Origin: Octopus sinensis
Taxonomy: Eukaryota
NCBI RefSeq assembly: GCF_006345805.1
Contig: NC_043001.1
Span: forward strand, 92,070,001 to 92,134,000
Direction: 5' to 3'
Length of the DNA stretch: 64,000 bases
Shown: piece by piece, positions 50,937 through 64,000 of the stretch
How positions within the stretch are numbered: position 1 is the first letter of the stretch
Layout of the letters: every line of letters begins with the position of its first letter
Translations under genes and position numbers: made by a program
Notes under the pieces: model-generated
The model's database searches: none
Told to the model about the DNA's origin: nothing
Seen by the model: the letters and a program-made list of their open reading frames with translations, nothing else

Positions 50937-51864
50937 TTATGAATACATATAAATATATATATGTATATCCATATGTCCAAGTTGTTATTTCGCAACACAT
51001 CGCAGCTGTAGATACATGTCCACATATGTGGGTAAGTATATTTGTCTTTTTCTTAATAAATAAATAAATCAGATATATTGATATATATATGCTACTTTCT
51101 ATGCAAACTGAATTTATCGATTAAGCAAAATAAGTTTTCAAGCTATCGTTATATTTCTTCAAATGAGTAGATCAAATGGTAATTTGTTGATGCTTAGAAT
51201 AAGATGAAATTTAAACCCGGTATAGTTTGAGTCATTTCTCTCCCCATAGACAGGAAACAAGCAGAGGTTTGTGTACAATAATGATAAAACAACGACATTT
51301 TCAGTCTGCCACACTGAGCCACACTATAGATATATCAGAGATTGTTGCTTAAGTGCAACTTATCTGTGAGGGGTATGTATGTATGTATGTATGTATGTAT
51401 GTATGTATGTATGTATTATGTATGTATGTATGTACGTATGTATTATGTATCTATGCATGTACGTATATATGTATATATTATGTATGTATGTAGGTAAGTA
51501 GGTAGGTAAGTAGGTAGGTAGGTAGGTAGGCAGGCAGGTATGAATGAATGTATGTATAGGTTTGTATATGTACGTACATACATACATACACATAATATAT
51601 ATCATAAATATATGCATAGAAAAACATTTATAAACGTAAATGTCTATCAATCTATCTATTTATCTATCTATTATCTCTCTACTTACCTCTGTCTTTCACT
51701 CCTCCTCTCTCTTATCTCTCTTCCCACGCTCCCTCTTTCCTTCCCCCTTACTCTCTCTCACTCTCTCACTCCCTCCCTCCCCCTCTCTCTACATACATAC
51801 ACATATGTATTCATACATATATGCATAGATTTGGGTTCGAGAAGTGTAGCTGCATAGAGAAATG

Positions 51865-51916
<52 letters not shown>

Positions 51917-51951
51917 GACAGATAGACAGACAGATAGATAGATAGATAGAT

Positions 51952-52016
<65 letters not shown>

Positions 52017-52046
52017 TAGATAAATAGATAGATTGATAGATAGATA

Positions 52047-52125
<79 letters not shown>

Positions 52126-52321
52126 TCGGGAGCGTGAAAGTTACAGCAATGGTTAATGAGGTTTACAGCCTCCAATAAGGATGATAAAGCTCGACATCTT
52201 GTTATGAATACTGTTTTTCCATATTATTTGCGCCATTTTCCATCGTACTATGCAAACGGACACACAAACACACACATTCACGCACTCATACAGACTCACA
52301 ACACTTGCAGAGTCGCTCATT

Positions 52322-52373
<52 letters not shown>

Positions 52374-52858
52374 TATATATATATGTATGTATGTATATAG
52401 TAGAAATATGTTTCAAAAACTAAAAAGAGAAACTACACGTGGAAAAGATATGGAGAAAGTAAAAAGAAAAAGAGCGAAAATGCACATTGAATATCAAATA
52501 AACATATATACCTACACACATAATACATAAAACATACATACTTACATACATACATGCCTACATACATACATACATACATGCCTACATACATACATACATA
52601 CATACATACATACATACATACATACATACATTCATACGTACGTATATATATATATATATATACATACACACGTATAAAACTTGTAAATATGTAAATATGC
52701 GCGTGCATTGTATAATTATGACCATGTGACAGATATAAGTGTACCCCATTAAGAAACTGTAGCAGTATTTTGATATTCTTTCTTTGCTTTGTATATTTAA
52801 TTTCCATGTATATTTGTGTGTATAGGCGTGTGTGTGTACGTGCGTTTGTATACATACC

Positions 52859-52935
<77 letters not shown>

Positions 52936-53394
52936 GTGTATGTATATGTATATATACACACATATCTACGTATGTATACATACATGCGTGTTTCTATTTA
53001 TATATATATATATATATATAAGATGTAACATATGTATACACACATATCTACATATATATTTTGCATATATATATATAAACATTATATATATAAATTATAT
53101 AGATATATATGAAGTATATACACACACGCATACACATATATGTATATATGTATAATTGTATATATTTATAGATAACTATAATCCTCTCCATATACATTCA
53201 AACACGCACACACACACACACGCACGTGCACACACATACACGCACATATCATGTTACCAAGTGAAATTTCGTGTGATAAGGGAAAAAAAAAACAAAAAAT
53301 AAACTCGATTGTATGAAATCTTGGAAAAAATGTTGACTCTAAGAAGCTAAACTTCTAGTTCAAAGGAAACGGCCAGAGACCATTTTCACTATCT

Positions 53395-53423
53395 TATAAT
53401 AATAAATAATAATAATAATAGTA

Positions 53424-53468
<45 letters not shown>

Positions 53469-53573
53469 TAAGAATAGTAATAATAATAATAATAATAATA
53501 AAGTAATAATAATATAATAATAATAATATTAATAATAATAATATATAATAATAGTTTAATAATAATAATAATA

Positions 53574-53616
<43 letters not shown>

Positions 53617-53673
53617 TATAATAATAATAATAATATAATAATAATAATAATAATATAATAATATATAATAATA

Positions 53674-53755
<82 letters not shown>

Positions 53756-53820
53756 TAATAATAATAAAATAGTAATAATAATATAATAATAATAATATAA
53801 TAATAATAATAATAATATAG

Positions 53821-53863
<43 letters not shown>

Positions 53864-54173
53864 CAACTTTGTAAGGTACTGCAATAATTAAGCTTGGAAA
53901 CCTCCTGTTTTTGTATTTGTGGCACTTATGTCTGCCCCTGTGCCTGTTTTTTTTTTCTCTTAATGTCTGTTTTGTTATTATTCATTTGGCGCGTAAATAT
54001 TAGTGGATATTGTTATTATTCTCATCATCATCATCGTCGTCGTCGTCGGCATCATCATCGTCACTATAATTATTATTATCATATTTATTATTCTCAAAAT
54101 CAGCATCATCATCGTCGTCATCGTCGTCGTCGTCATATTATCATTATCATTGTTATTACTATTATTATTATTA

Positions 54174-54240
<67 letters not shown>

Positions 54241-54350
54241 CATTATTATTATTATCATCATCATCATTATTATTATTATTATCATCATCATTATTATTAC
54301 TATTATTATTATTATTATCATTGTTATTACTATTATTATTATTATTGTTG

Positions 54351-54384
<34 letters not shown>

Positions 54385-54398
54385 CATCATCATCATCA

Positions 54399-54452
<54 letters not shown>

Positions 54453-54488
54453 TTATTATTTGATATAGTTGTTATTGCTATTATTATT

Positions 54489-54520
<32 letters not shown>

Positions 54521-54540
54521 TATTATTATTATTATCATCA

Positions 54541-54584
<44 letters not shown>

Positions 54585-54685
54585 ATATTTATTATTTAAT
54601 ATAGTTGCTATTTCTATTATTATTATTGCTGTTGTTATTGTTATTATTGTTATCATCATCATCATCATCATTATTATTATTATCA

Positions 54686-54760
<75 letters not shown>
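53395..54760. repeat. Large (AAT)n array (53395-53862) and opposite-polarity (ATT/ATC)n array (~54005-54760)
   Basis: Read directly; separated by ~140 bp of non-repetitive sequence. Confidence 0.95.
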
Positions 54761-55235
54761 GCTGGAATTTTCTGCTTCTGTGTTTGGTTGAAATTAACGA
54801 CAACATATTGCAAAATGCTCAAGGAAGTTCCTGTTTTGGTGGCATCTTGACATGAAAAGAAACCTTTATTTTAGATATATATATATATGTATTTATTTTT
54901 TTCCTTAAGTTTCCTTTCTGCTTTCCCCTTTCCCTTCTCTTTCCTTCCTTCTGTTTTTTAATGTCTTTGAATTGCAGGATTATATTACTAATAATATGGT
55001 TTCTAATAAAATAAATTTGGGTGGTCCTGTAAAAGAATAAAAAGTGAAAGAAAAGACTTAAAGCAACATATGTGACATAAGATTCGGATTTTTTTTTTAT
55101 CAAACCATATTGTATGAAATTAAATTCGTCAATCTTTCTGCACACACAAATTTATACCTTATACATGGATACGTATGTACGCCATGCCTACTTGAATATA
55201 TGTGCATGTGTGCCTCTGTGTGTGTGTGAGTGTGC

Positions 55236-55307
<72 letters not shown>

Positions 55308-55318
55308 TAAATACATAC

Positions 55319-55389
<71 letters not shown>

Positions 55390-55849
55390 ATCATGCCAAG
55401 AACCTTTAATCCTTTAAGGGATGCTGGCATCCTAGTTCTCCGGTTTATAGCAGTGTTCAGTGAAAACTAAATACTTTAGCTTTGCATTGATGTGTATTGG
55501 TATTTAAATATTTATGAATGGGTAAAAAAAGAAGGAAATGAAGAAATCGACATATAGGCATCAGTTTATTCAAAAATATTCTGAGTCTGTCAAAACGCTG
55601 GAAGCTAACACTTTTCATGAAATTCTCCGCTGATGAAATACTCGACTAGTTTCAATTTGAAATTTTTTAATTAATTTAGTTTAATATAACTTCTCTAATT
55701 GTACTAATTGGATATGGAAATGGCTGTAGGGATAAAAATGTCATATTATTTGGATTGGAATTTCTATTAATAAACTTATGTCAATACGTGAATTTCTCCA
55801 TTTTCTATTTTTTCCTCATATATATATATATATATAATATGTATATATA

Positions 55850-57118
55850 CAGGGGTTGGACAAAATAATGGAAACACCTAGCATCATAGCATCATAAGTT
55901 CGAAATATCTATAAAGCCGTCAAAAGCTTGTTTATTTTTATGTCTTATGATTTATCATTAGTGTTGCTTAATATGTTTTGCTAAAATTGTTGTTTCTTTT
56001 CAGCTATCATCAGAAAAAGGTAATTAAATTTCATTAAAATGACAGATCTATCGGACTTTCAAAGAGGTCAAATTGTTGGTGCTCGTATGGCAGGCGCTAG
56101 CGTAAAGAAAACAGCTGAAATGTTTAGTGTATCAAGAAGTACTGTCTCGAAAGTAATGACAGCCTTTGAGAAAGAGGGAAAAAATCTCTTCGTCAAAACA
56201 AAACTGCGGAAGAAAACCAAAACTTGGACTCTTACGCGAATTGTTAGAAAGGATCAAAAAAGTACAGCTCCCAAAATTACTGCAGAGCTTAATGACCACC
56301 TCGAGAACCCAGTTTCCACAAAAACTGTTCACCGGGAGCTGCACAAAGCCCGATTTCATGGGAGGGCTGCAATCAGAAAAACCACTGCTTTCAAAAATCA
56401 AACGCTGCAAAGCGTTTAGAGTGGAGTAAAAACCTACAGAATTGGTCCCTAGAGTAGTGGAAGAATGTTATTTTCTCGGATGAGTCATCCTTAACTTATT
56501 TCCGACCACCAGCAGAGTATAAGTGTGGAGAAGTATAAGAAGCATTGACCCAGACTGCCTTCTTTCAGCTGTTAAGTATGGAGAGGGATCTGTGATGATC
56601 TGGGGGTTGGGTGGGAGGGGCTATATCTTGAAAATCGCCGGCCCAGTGGTTTTCCTTCGTGGCAGAATTAATAGTCATGACTATTTAAGCATTTTGTCTG
56701 ATCAAATTCATCCTATGGTTGCGGAACTGTTTCCGGAGGGAAATGCAATCTTGCAGGATGATAATGCACCAATTCGCGCAGCTAAAGTTGTTACTGAATG
56801 GCACGAGGAACATTCTAGTGCATTTAAACATTTTGCCTGACCACCACAGTACCACCAGATCTCAATATTGTTGAACATTTATGGTGTATTTTAGGAAAAT
56901 ATGTAAGGAGTCGATATCCTCCACCATCATCACTACAAGAACTGGAGACTGTTTTAGCTGAAGAATGGACAAAAATTCCTTAGGAAACAATTCAAGCTTT
57001 GTACGAGTCCATATCTTGTAGAATTCAAGCTGCAATTACTGCCAAAGGCGGTCCTACCCCATATTAAAATAAATTTGTTTGAAATTTTAAAGTATTTCCA
57101 TTATTTTTTCCGATCCCT

Positions 57119-57119
<1 letters not shown>
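55850..57119 (+). mobile_element. Near-full-length Tc1-like (DD34E) transposon, frameshifted
   Basis: TIRs caggggttggacaaaataatggaaacac / gtatttccattattttttccgatccctg with TA TSDs. Peptides MTDLSDFQRGQIVGARMAGAS.., FSDES, LQDDNAP, PDLNIVEHLW. Confidence 0.95.
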
Positions 57120-57172
<53 letters not shown>

Positions 57173-57173
<1 letters not shown>

Positions 57174-57319
57174 CGACGGACTTCTTTCTGTTTCCGTCTA
57201 TCAAATCCACTCACAAGGCTTTTGTCGGCCCGAGGCTACAGTAGAAGACACCTGCTCAAGGTGCCATGCAGTGGGACTGAACCTAGAAGAGATGCAAGCT
57301 TCTTCCCACACAGCCACTC
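57173..57319 (-). mobile_element. CORE-like SINE head fragment
   Basis: Reverse complement of agtggctgtgtgggaagaagcttgc..gcaccttgagcaggtgtctt. Confidence 0.8.
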
Positions 57320-57360
57320 TATAAATATATTTCTATATATAAATGTGTGTATATATATAT

Positions 57361-57425
<65 letters not shown>

Positions 57426-57733
57426 CATAAATGTATATATGTATGTATATACATATATATATACACACATATATAAGTGTGTATGTGTGTGTTTGTATTT
57501 ATTTGTGTGTGCGTGTGTATCCATCGTCCACTGCACGGCTTTTATCAACTTTTATTAACCAGAGCTGTAGCTGCATTGTGACGATCATGAAAGCAAATGA
57601 TGTCTTAACGATGCCTTCACTACAGTCATTTTAGATTATTATCCATCCATCACTTCTGCCAAATGTTTTCACATACGCACATGCACACACACACATGCAC
57701 ACACGCACACACGCGCGCGCGCACACACACACA

Positions 57734-57792
<59 letters not shown>

Positions 57793-58614
57793 TTCTAAAT
57801 AGAACCCCACTACAAGCTGATCCTTTCGATTCCAACTCCACCAGACAGTTCAATATTCCTCTGGGAACAAGAATGTATCTATATCTACGATTGCATGCAA
57901 CTTTATACATTGTTTTCATGAAGAAACTCTCAGACTTTTCTATCTTCCTCACCTCCAACATCTCAAGAATGATGGTAAACAAGTCTTTTAAGTGTTCTGT
58001 CTATGTTATGAGTAAAGACGTTATCACATTCAATCAGTTATTTTAAAGTTAAATCAACTCAAGATTTTAGTACTTGCAAGTTCCAGTAAAAAGATTTTTC
58101 CTTTAACTAATTTATCACTTGAATATTCTGTGAGGAGAGCTTGTGTGCTTATGAGCTGCACGGGTTTACAAAGTCAGAAAATATGTTGTGAGGCCCCTGA
58201 CAGTGTCTCTCTCAACTGTCTTTATTGCTCTAAGCATTGTTTCTTTTAATTACTACAATCATTTACCGCGGATGCTGTTCTATTAAATCCGCGCTGAATT
58301 GTCATCAGCACACAATTTGATACCTCAAACTAGATATGCATTAATTCATCGAACAAAAACCTTCCCTAAAGTGGACATGACAGTCTAGTCTCCTTCGAAT
58401 GTACTGAAGCATGACAGCACATAGAAATGAAATAGTTTTGCTTCACACCGTCTTTACCTATAGTTAAAAAATAAAAACAAAATCTTAAGCTCAGTACAAA
58501 TTATCAACTGCTCAGTGACTTTGAGTGATTATTTTTTTTAGTGACTTCTTCATTATAACATTTCTAGTTCTGCATCCCGAAGTTTAAACTTCCTTTTGAA
58601 GGCCAGAAGTGCAA

Positions 58615-58830
58615 TACTCTTTACTCTCTTTACTCTTTTGCTTGTTACAGTTATTTGACTGCGGCCATGCTTGAGCACCGCCTTTAGTCGAGCAAATCGA
58701 CCCCAGGACTTATTCTTTGTAAGCCTAGTACTTATTCCATCGTTCTCTTTTGCCGAACCGCTAAGTTACGGGGACGTAAACACACCAGTATCGGTTGTTA
58801 AGCGATATTGGGAGGACACACACAAACACA

Positions 58831-58864
<34 letters not shown>

Positions 58865-59071
58865 ACACACACACACATACACACACACATATATATATAC
58901 ATATATACGACGGGCTTCTTTCAGTTTCCGTCTACCAAATCCATCCACAACGCTTCGGTCGACCCGTGGCTATAGTAGAAGACACCTGCCCAAGGTGCCA
59001 CACAGTGGGACTGAATCCGGATCCATGTGGTTGGTAAGCAAGCTACTTACCACACAGCCGCTCCTGCGCCT
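58615..59071 (-). mobile_element. Full-length CORE-like SINE
   Basis: Head aggcgcaggagcggctgtgtggtaagtagcttgc; tail (gagtaaa)n. Confidence 0.9.
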
Positions 59072-59459
59072 ACAGGAATCATAATGGTCATAATCTTCAA
59101 AACTGAACAACGATTCTCGTTCGGCTTCTGTTCAAACTTTTATGGGGATGTTGTTGCTGCCTTTTGTTATCTAAATGTTTAACAAAAATCCAGTAACCAT
59201 CATGATGTCCAGCAAACGAAGTAGTCTTTATGTCACCGCCCGAATTACACGAAATAGTACTTTTCTATATGGTTGTTATGTCTACTAGAAATAGCAGTAA
59301 GTCTCTCTCAAATCTCATCCTAACGTGGGCTGATTTGATCCTGGGATTTTATCCATAAAATGACGGGCAGGTCATGGCTGGCATGCCTTAGACGTTTATG
59401 CATGTCAATCAGAGTTGACTAAGGGCTAAGTAACAAAACACTGCAGCTGTTGTTACACG

Positions 59460-59503
<44 letters not shown>

Positions 59504-59570
59504 TAGTAGTAGTAGTAGTAGTGGTAGTAGCAGCAGCAGCAGCAGTAGTAGTAGCAGCAGTAGCTGTAGC

Positions 59571-59667
<97 letters not shown>
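59460..59667 (+). repeat. Compound (GTA)n/(GCA)n microsatellite
   Basis: Read directly. Confidence 0.95.
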
Positions 59668-60057
59668 CGTATTCATCATCATCGTCATCGTCATCGGCGC
59701 TGATTGGATAAACACGGTCATCATCGTCACCTAGGTATATTTAGACATGTTTGTAAAATTATCTCCAATTATAAACACGAACAAACGCTCGCAGTATAAG
59801 TAAATAAGAGAGGCACGTGCTCATACACACACACAGACACATACACACTTTCATAAACATAAAGGGAGTCCATACACGCATGTTTATATAGCTATATATA
59901 TATGTGTGTATATCTCTATATCTATATGTGTACGTATACGTGTGTATGCATATGTGTGTATATGTTTATGTATTGGTGCTGAATATATTTATAATATATA
60001 TATATATACATATATATATTATATATGTATATATATATATATATATAGATATATATA

Positions 60058-60204
<147 letters not shown>

Positions 60205-61053
60205 AGGGAGAGAGAGGAAGTGCGAGAGAGAGAGAGAGAGAGAGAGCTGCATATGTATCTATTCGTGGATATATATATGAGTGCATGTGTGTGTGTCTGT
60301 CTATAGATACATATATATACGCATGCACAAACACACACACATATATATACTTACATGCATGCATACATACATACATTCACACATGCATATATATATATAT
60401 ACGTATATTCTTTTATACATACCATATATACACCGAGACTTATATTCACTCACACCACACAGTTGCACGAACAAGTATATATATATATTCAACTGCACGT
60501 AAACATACGCATATTTGCATACTTATATACACATGTACATGCATACATATATACATTTACATACATTCATACATAATACATTCACATACAATTACTATAA
60601 GCACATGAACAAACACCATTATCAACTTTATCAAGTCCCTTGAGGCGACTGACACTTTCACCAAATCCCTTTATTCTACTGTAATTCCTTCTCCCCTAAA
60701 TCCTATCTTAATATTAGTTCCTCTCCGTGTCACTGTTTACGTAGTTGCTATCTATATTGTCATTGTTTACATTGACGATACACAAGTTTAACAACTGCTT
60801 CAGTGGTTATTTTGGGGATATTTGAAATAAATATTTGTGACGGTGTACACTTAGTTGGTTAATTTTTTTAACATATCTGCATAAATGGCTGTTTACTTTA
60901 CTGAGTGTACGCGAGTGCATACACAGATTCGTATATCACACGGGTACTCAACTACAACTATCTTTTTTTTTTTTTAATCTTTGGACCCCTTTGATTGCTA
61001 TTTTATTCTTGTAGACTCCCATAGCCATTCGAAGTTTAAAAACTAGTTTTATA

Positions 61054-61627
61054 TTGGGTTGTCCGGAAAGTTCGTGCCGATTTTTAAAGGGAAGAAAAAG
61101 GTCAATAAATACTTGCCATTACCCAAGCTTTACCAGGTGCTCATGAACGACGGATTTTGATAGGTTGAGGCTTTCTGCCAATTCTCGGGTTGTGTAATGT
61201 GGGTTATTCTCAATTAATGACTTGATTTGGTCATGATCTGTAGTGGATGGTCTCCCTGATCGCTCTTTATCAATAAGGCTACAATATCCAGCTCGGAACC
61301 TTGCGAACCACTTCCGTACAGTTCTTTCCGATAAAGAAGCATCGCCGTAAATTGCGCATATTTCTTTGGTTGCTTGTGAGGCATTTTTCCCTTTACGGAA
61401 AAAGAAAAGCATCAAGTGCCGAAAATGAACTTTCTTATCTTCCATTTTAAAGGGTTACAGAATTAACACAGGTTATAGGAACATAAACTTTCTTCCACGA
61501 AAAGATAGCTTAAACTGTGCTCTGAATGGAAGTGTATCCAAATCCTAATTTATGGACTCAAACATGTTCTAAAATAAGTCGAAAGGTAAATTACGATAGA
61601 TCGGCACGAACTTTCCGGACAACCCAA
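61054..61627 (-). mobile_element. Mariner deletion derivative retaining the N-terminal DNA-binding domain (ORF 61119-61445)
   Basis: Same TIRs as 25244-25805 with TA TSDs; uninterrupted 108-aa ORF MEDKKVHFRHLMLFFFRKGKNASQATKEICAIYG..RSGRP..TTRELAESLNLS. Probably nested in a hAT-type MITE (~60938-61876, ending gttgagaaccactg). Confidence 0.95.
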
Positions 61628-61894
61628 TAGTAACTTCGAAAATTCCTATTTTGTTATTCCCACATTCCCTTGTGTAGGTTGAACTATGTAAAATGTTAGA
61701 GAAAGAAATCTAGCTGTTACTTGCAATACATACCAATACATACATCTAAAGCAATATTTTTTCAGGGGCCCCTAAAATACTATTATGGATTCCCAATTTA
61801 CTATTTTGTTGCGTGGACTCTCCAAAATCTTATATGGACTCTCAGGAATCGTATGGGCCCTAGTTGAGAACCACTGGTATACCACATAAACTTT

Positions 61895-62100
61895 CATATC
61901 AAATTTTGGAACAAAACCATTAATTTTGGGGCGAGGGTAAGTCGATTACAATGACTGCAGTTTTTAGCTGGTTCTTATTTCATCAGCCCCGAAATTATAA
62001 AAGTCAAAGTCAACCTCGGCGGAATTTGAACTCAGATCGTAGAGTTCGAAGAAAATGCCGCTAAGCATTTTACACGACGTACTAACGCTTCTACCAGTTC
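61895..62100 (-). mobile_element. Nin/Deu-core SINE (diverged)
   Basis: aagtcaacctcggcggaatttgaactcaga..ctaacgcttctaccag. Confidence 0.7.
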
Positions 62101-62723
62101 GTATAACACATAAACATTGGTTTCAAATTTTGGCACAAGGCCGGCAATATTAAAACACTGAGTATTATCCTAAGTTGTTGATTGTACAGTACGACCTCCC
62201 TGTAAAAGCAGTGAAATATCTCTGGAATTACACTCCACCGTTCAAAAGAACAAAAAAAAAATGATAATTGATGACGTAGTCTGATATCTATTTCGTGAAA
62301 AAGTGAGGTTGGGTATTGCTCAATTATACGTCCTTTCTCAATCTGAGTTGATCTTGGACTTAGCTGCAACAACAATAACGGCAATAGATATTCTGAAGAA
62401 TGCTTTTTAAGTTTTCAGTTTTATCTATAAGTGTTTATGTGTATTTAGTCGAGCGTGTATTAACGTATTCGAGTTTAATTATTTGATTTCTTACAAACAT
62501 GCAAAGATCTATTATTGTAATGTAGATGACAAAAATAAATTCACATTTTGAATCTGAGAAAAGTCCTGCATATATTTACTGCGCCACTTCCTGGTTGTAT
62601 TTGTAATGTGTCTATAAGCTGGCTGATTTCTTTTTCTGAAAACTTTAACTCATCCAAGTTGTCAATTAAACATTTACTAACAAAATCAGGTTCATCAATT
62701 ATTATGTTATAAATGTGAATATA

Positions 62724-62934
62724 CAGGGTGTCCTAGAAGTCACACAACATTCTTGTTTTCATTAAAAATAATTAAAGCATTTTATTATATTATTTTTTTT
62801 TTTTGCATGTTTTATTGTAGAGGTGCTCAATTTGTGTATTTGTTACGATTAATTTCAATAAAGTGTTTTTGAAATCAATAAGGATGTATTCTTTTAAAAA
62901 AACCAGGATAGTGCGCAACTTCTAGAACACCCTG
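62724..62934. mobile_element. Tc1/mariner-type MITE (211 bp)
   Basis: TIRs cagggtgtcctagaagt / acttctagaacaccctg with TA TSDs. Confidence 0.85.
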
Positions 62935-62939
62935 TATAT

Positions 62940-63260
62940 TCCGAGTACAGAAGCTGAAGATTTCGAAGCAGTTATTCTCTTTGATTTTGTAAAGAGATAT
63001 TCACACCTGCAAGGCAGTTGTCCCAAAGAACGGTTTCCGATCTGTTATCGTTGCACTTGGCAGAAGTTTTGATAGAAATGCTTTACCAATATTTCTTGTA
63101 TTGATGTTTATGCATGTATTCAGTAATAGAGGAATCCTCTACATTTATCCTAGGACAGTCTATTCTTTTTCGGATGGAATTGTATATTGTTTTAGCAACA
63201 CTGTCATGTTTCTTCGAGGGGTAGTACCTTGAAGACATATTCGTGTATTGATCACATATG
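62940..63260 (-). mobile_element. RLE-type LINE remnant (zinc-knuckle to endonuclease region)
   Basis: NMSSRYYPSKKHDSVAKTIYNSIRK..KKYW*SISIKTSAKCNDNRSETVLWD (Y..RHD.VAK and NRPD..WD-like motifs). Confidence 0.6.
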
Positions 63261-64000
63261 CATGATGTCCGGCCAGTTTGGAGCAATCTCGAGTATAATC
63301 AGCCGAAATTGCAAAGATAATCTGGAACTCGACTGAGGAAAGAAAACTCCGAATGACCCGTCCTTGTTTTCTTTGTATAGTCCGTCACCTAACTGTCTGG
63401 ATGGTTTGCGTTCTAGTCCCATTTTTGTATTTTTTATATATAAAAATATAGCGGCGTATGGACAATTTGGTCTCTTATATGTAAATATATATATATATAT
63501 GTATATAATATAAATTTTGTACGATTCTATTATTCTTTCTATTCTTTCATTCTTTCCTTCATTCTATCAGACCCTTCACACTTCGTTCATTCCATTCTTC
63601 GTTCTTTCGTTCCCCCTCTCTCACATTTCCTGGCCTTCTCTTCATGCTCGCCTTCCCTCCTCTTTCACTTCACTCTGTCCCTTTCATTTTTTCTCGCCCC
63701 TCCTTAATTCTTCTATCCTTCAACCTCTACCTCTCTCTCTCTCTTCTCTCCCCATGTGACCGGTGTTCGGCCAAGCACAACCTTTCTTTCTTGGTTCGAC
63801 TACCATCTATGCAACATCTATATTCCTCCATGTACCTGTCAAATCTAATGTCCCTGCCGTAACGCTTTACTTCCAGCTTAATTTAATTCGTCCTTAGTCG
63901 AAAGGCACTCGTTATTAATGTCCTTTTCTTTGTATTTGTGTACCATTTCTCCGTTTTTTTTTTCGTCCATGTTTTTGTATACATTCGCTACTTTCTTCCA

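Noticed and set aside
53360-54850. Long ORFs of 170-200 aa (poly-I/L/Y/N)
   Set aside because: They are translations of trinucleotide microsatellites with no coding signal.
55628-55668. ctgatgaaatactcgactagtttcaatttgaaa hammerhead-like string
   Set aside because: The stems do not pair convincingly, so it cannot be distinguished from chance.
57790-58450. Possible fourth L1/Tx1 remnant on the minus strand
   Set aside because: Peptide resemblance is too weak to call without a profile search.

Overview
Eukaryotic, AT-rich, repeat-saturated DNA with no recognisable host protein-coding exon, so it is probably intergenic or a large intron. The SINE families, the dense (TA)n/(CA)n/(TACA)n/(TAA)n microsatellites and the 5S sequence suggest an octopus genome (inference, not database-checked). 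Almost all ORFs in the track are microsatellite artefacts. The identifiable content is: several tRNA-derived SINE families (Nin/Deu-core, CORE-like, tRNA-Arg-headed, Meta-like); LINE remnants (L1/Tx1, R4/Dong-type RLE, CR1, RTE); Penelope-like element (PLE) remnants; Tc1, mariner, maT, Chapaev3, hAT, pogo and Helitron fragments; and one near-full-length 5S rRNA copy. The most interesting signal is about 10 dispersed minimal hammerhead-ribozyme motifs in short non-coding elements. One lies inside a TSD-flanked element with a tRNA-type Pol III head (8060-8378), a candidate ribozyme-carrying SINE, and three show a recurring U4C core variant. Other oddities are SINE 1.7-mers with an identical junction, clusters of local templated or inverted duplications, and a terminator-less 5S copy abutting a SINE. 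Family assignments come from motif recognition by eye, and many element boundaries are approximate.
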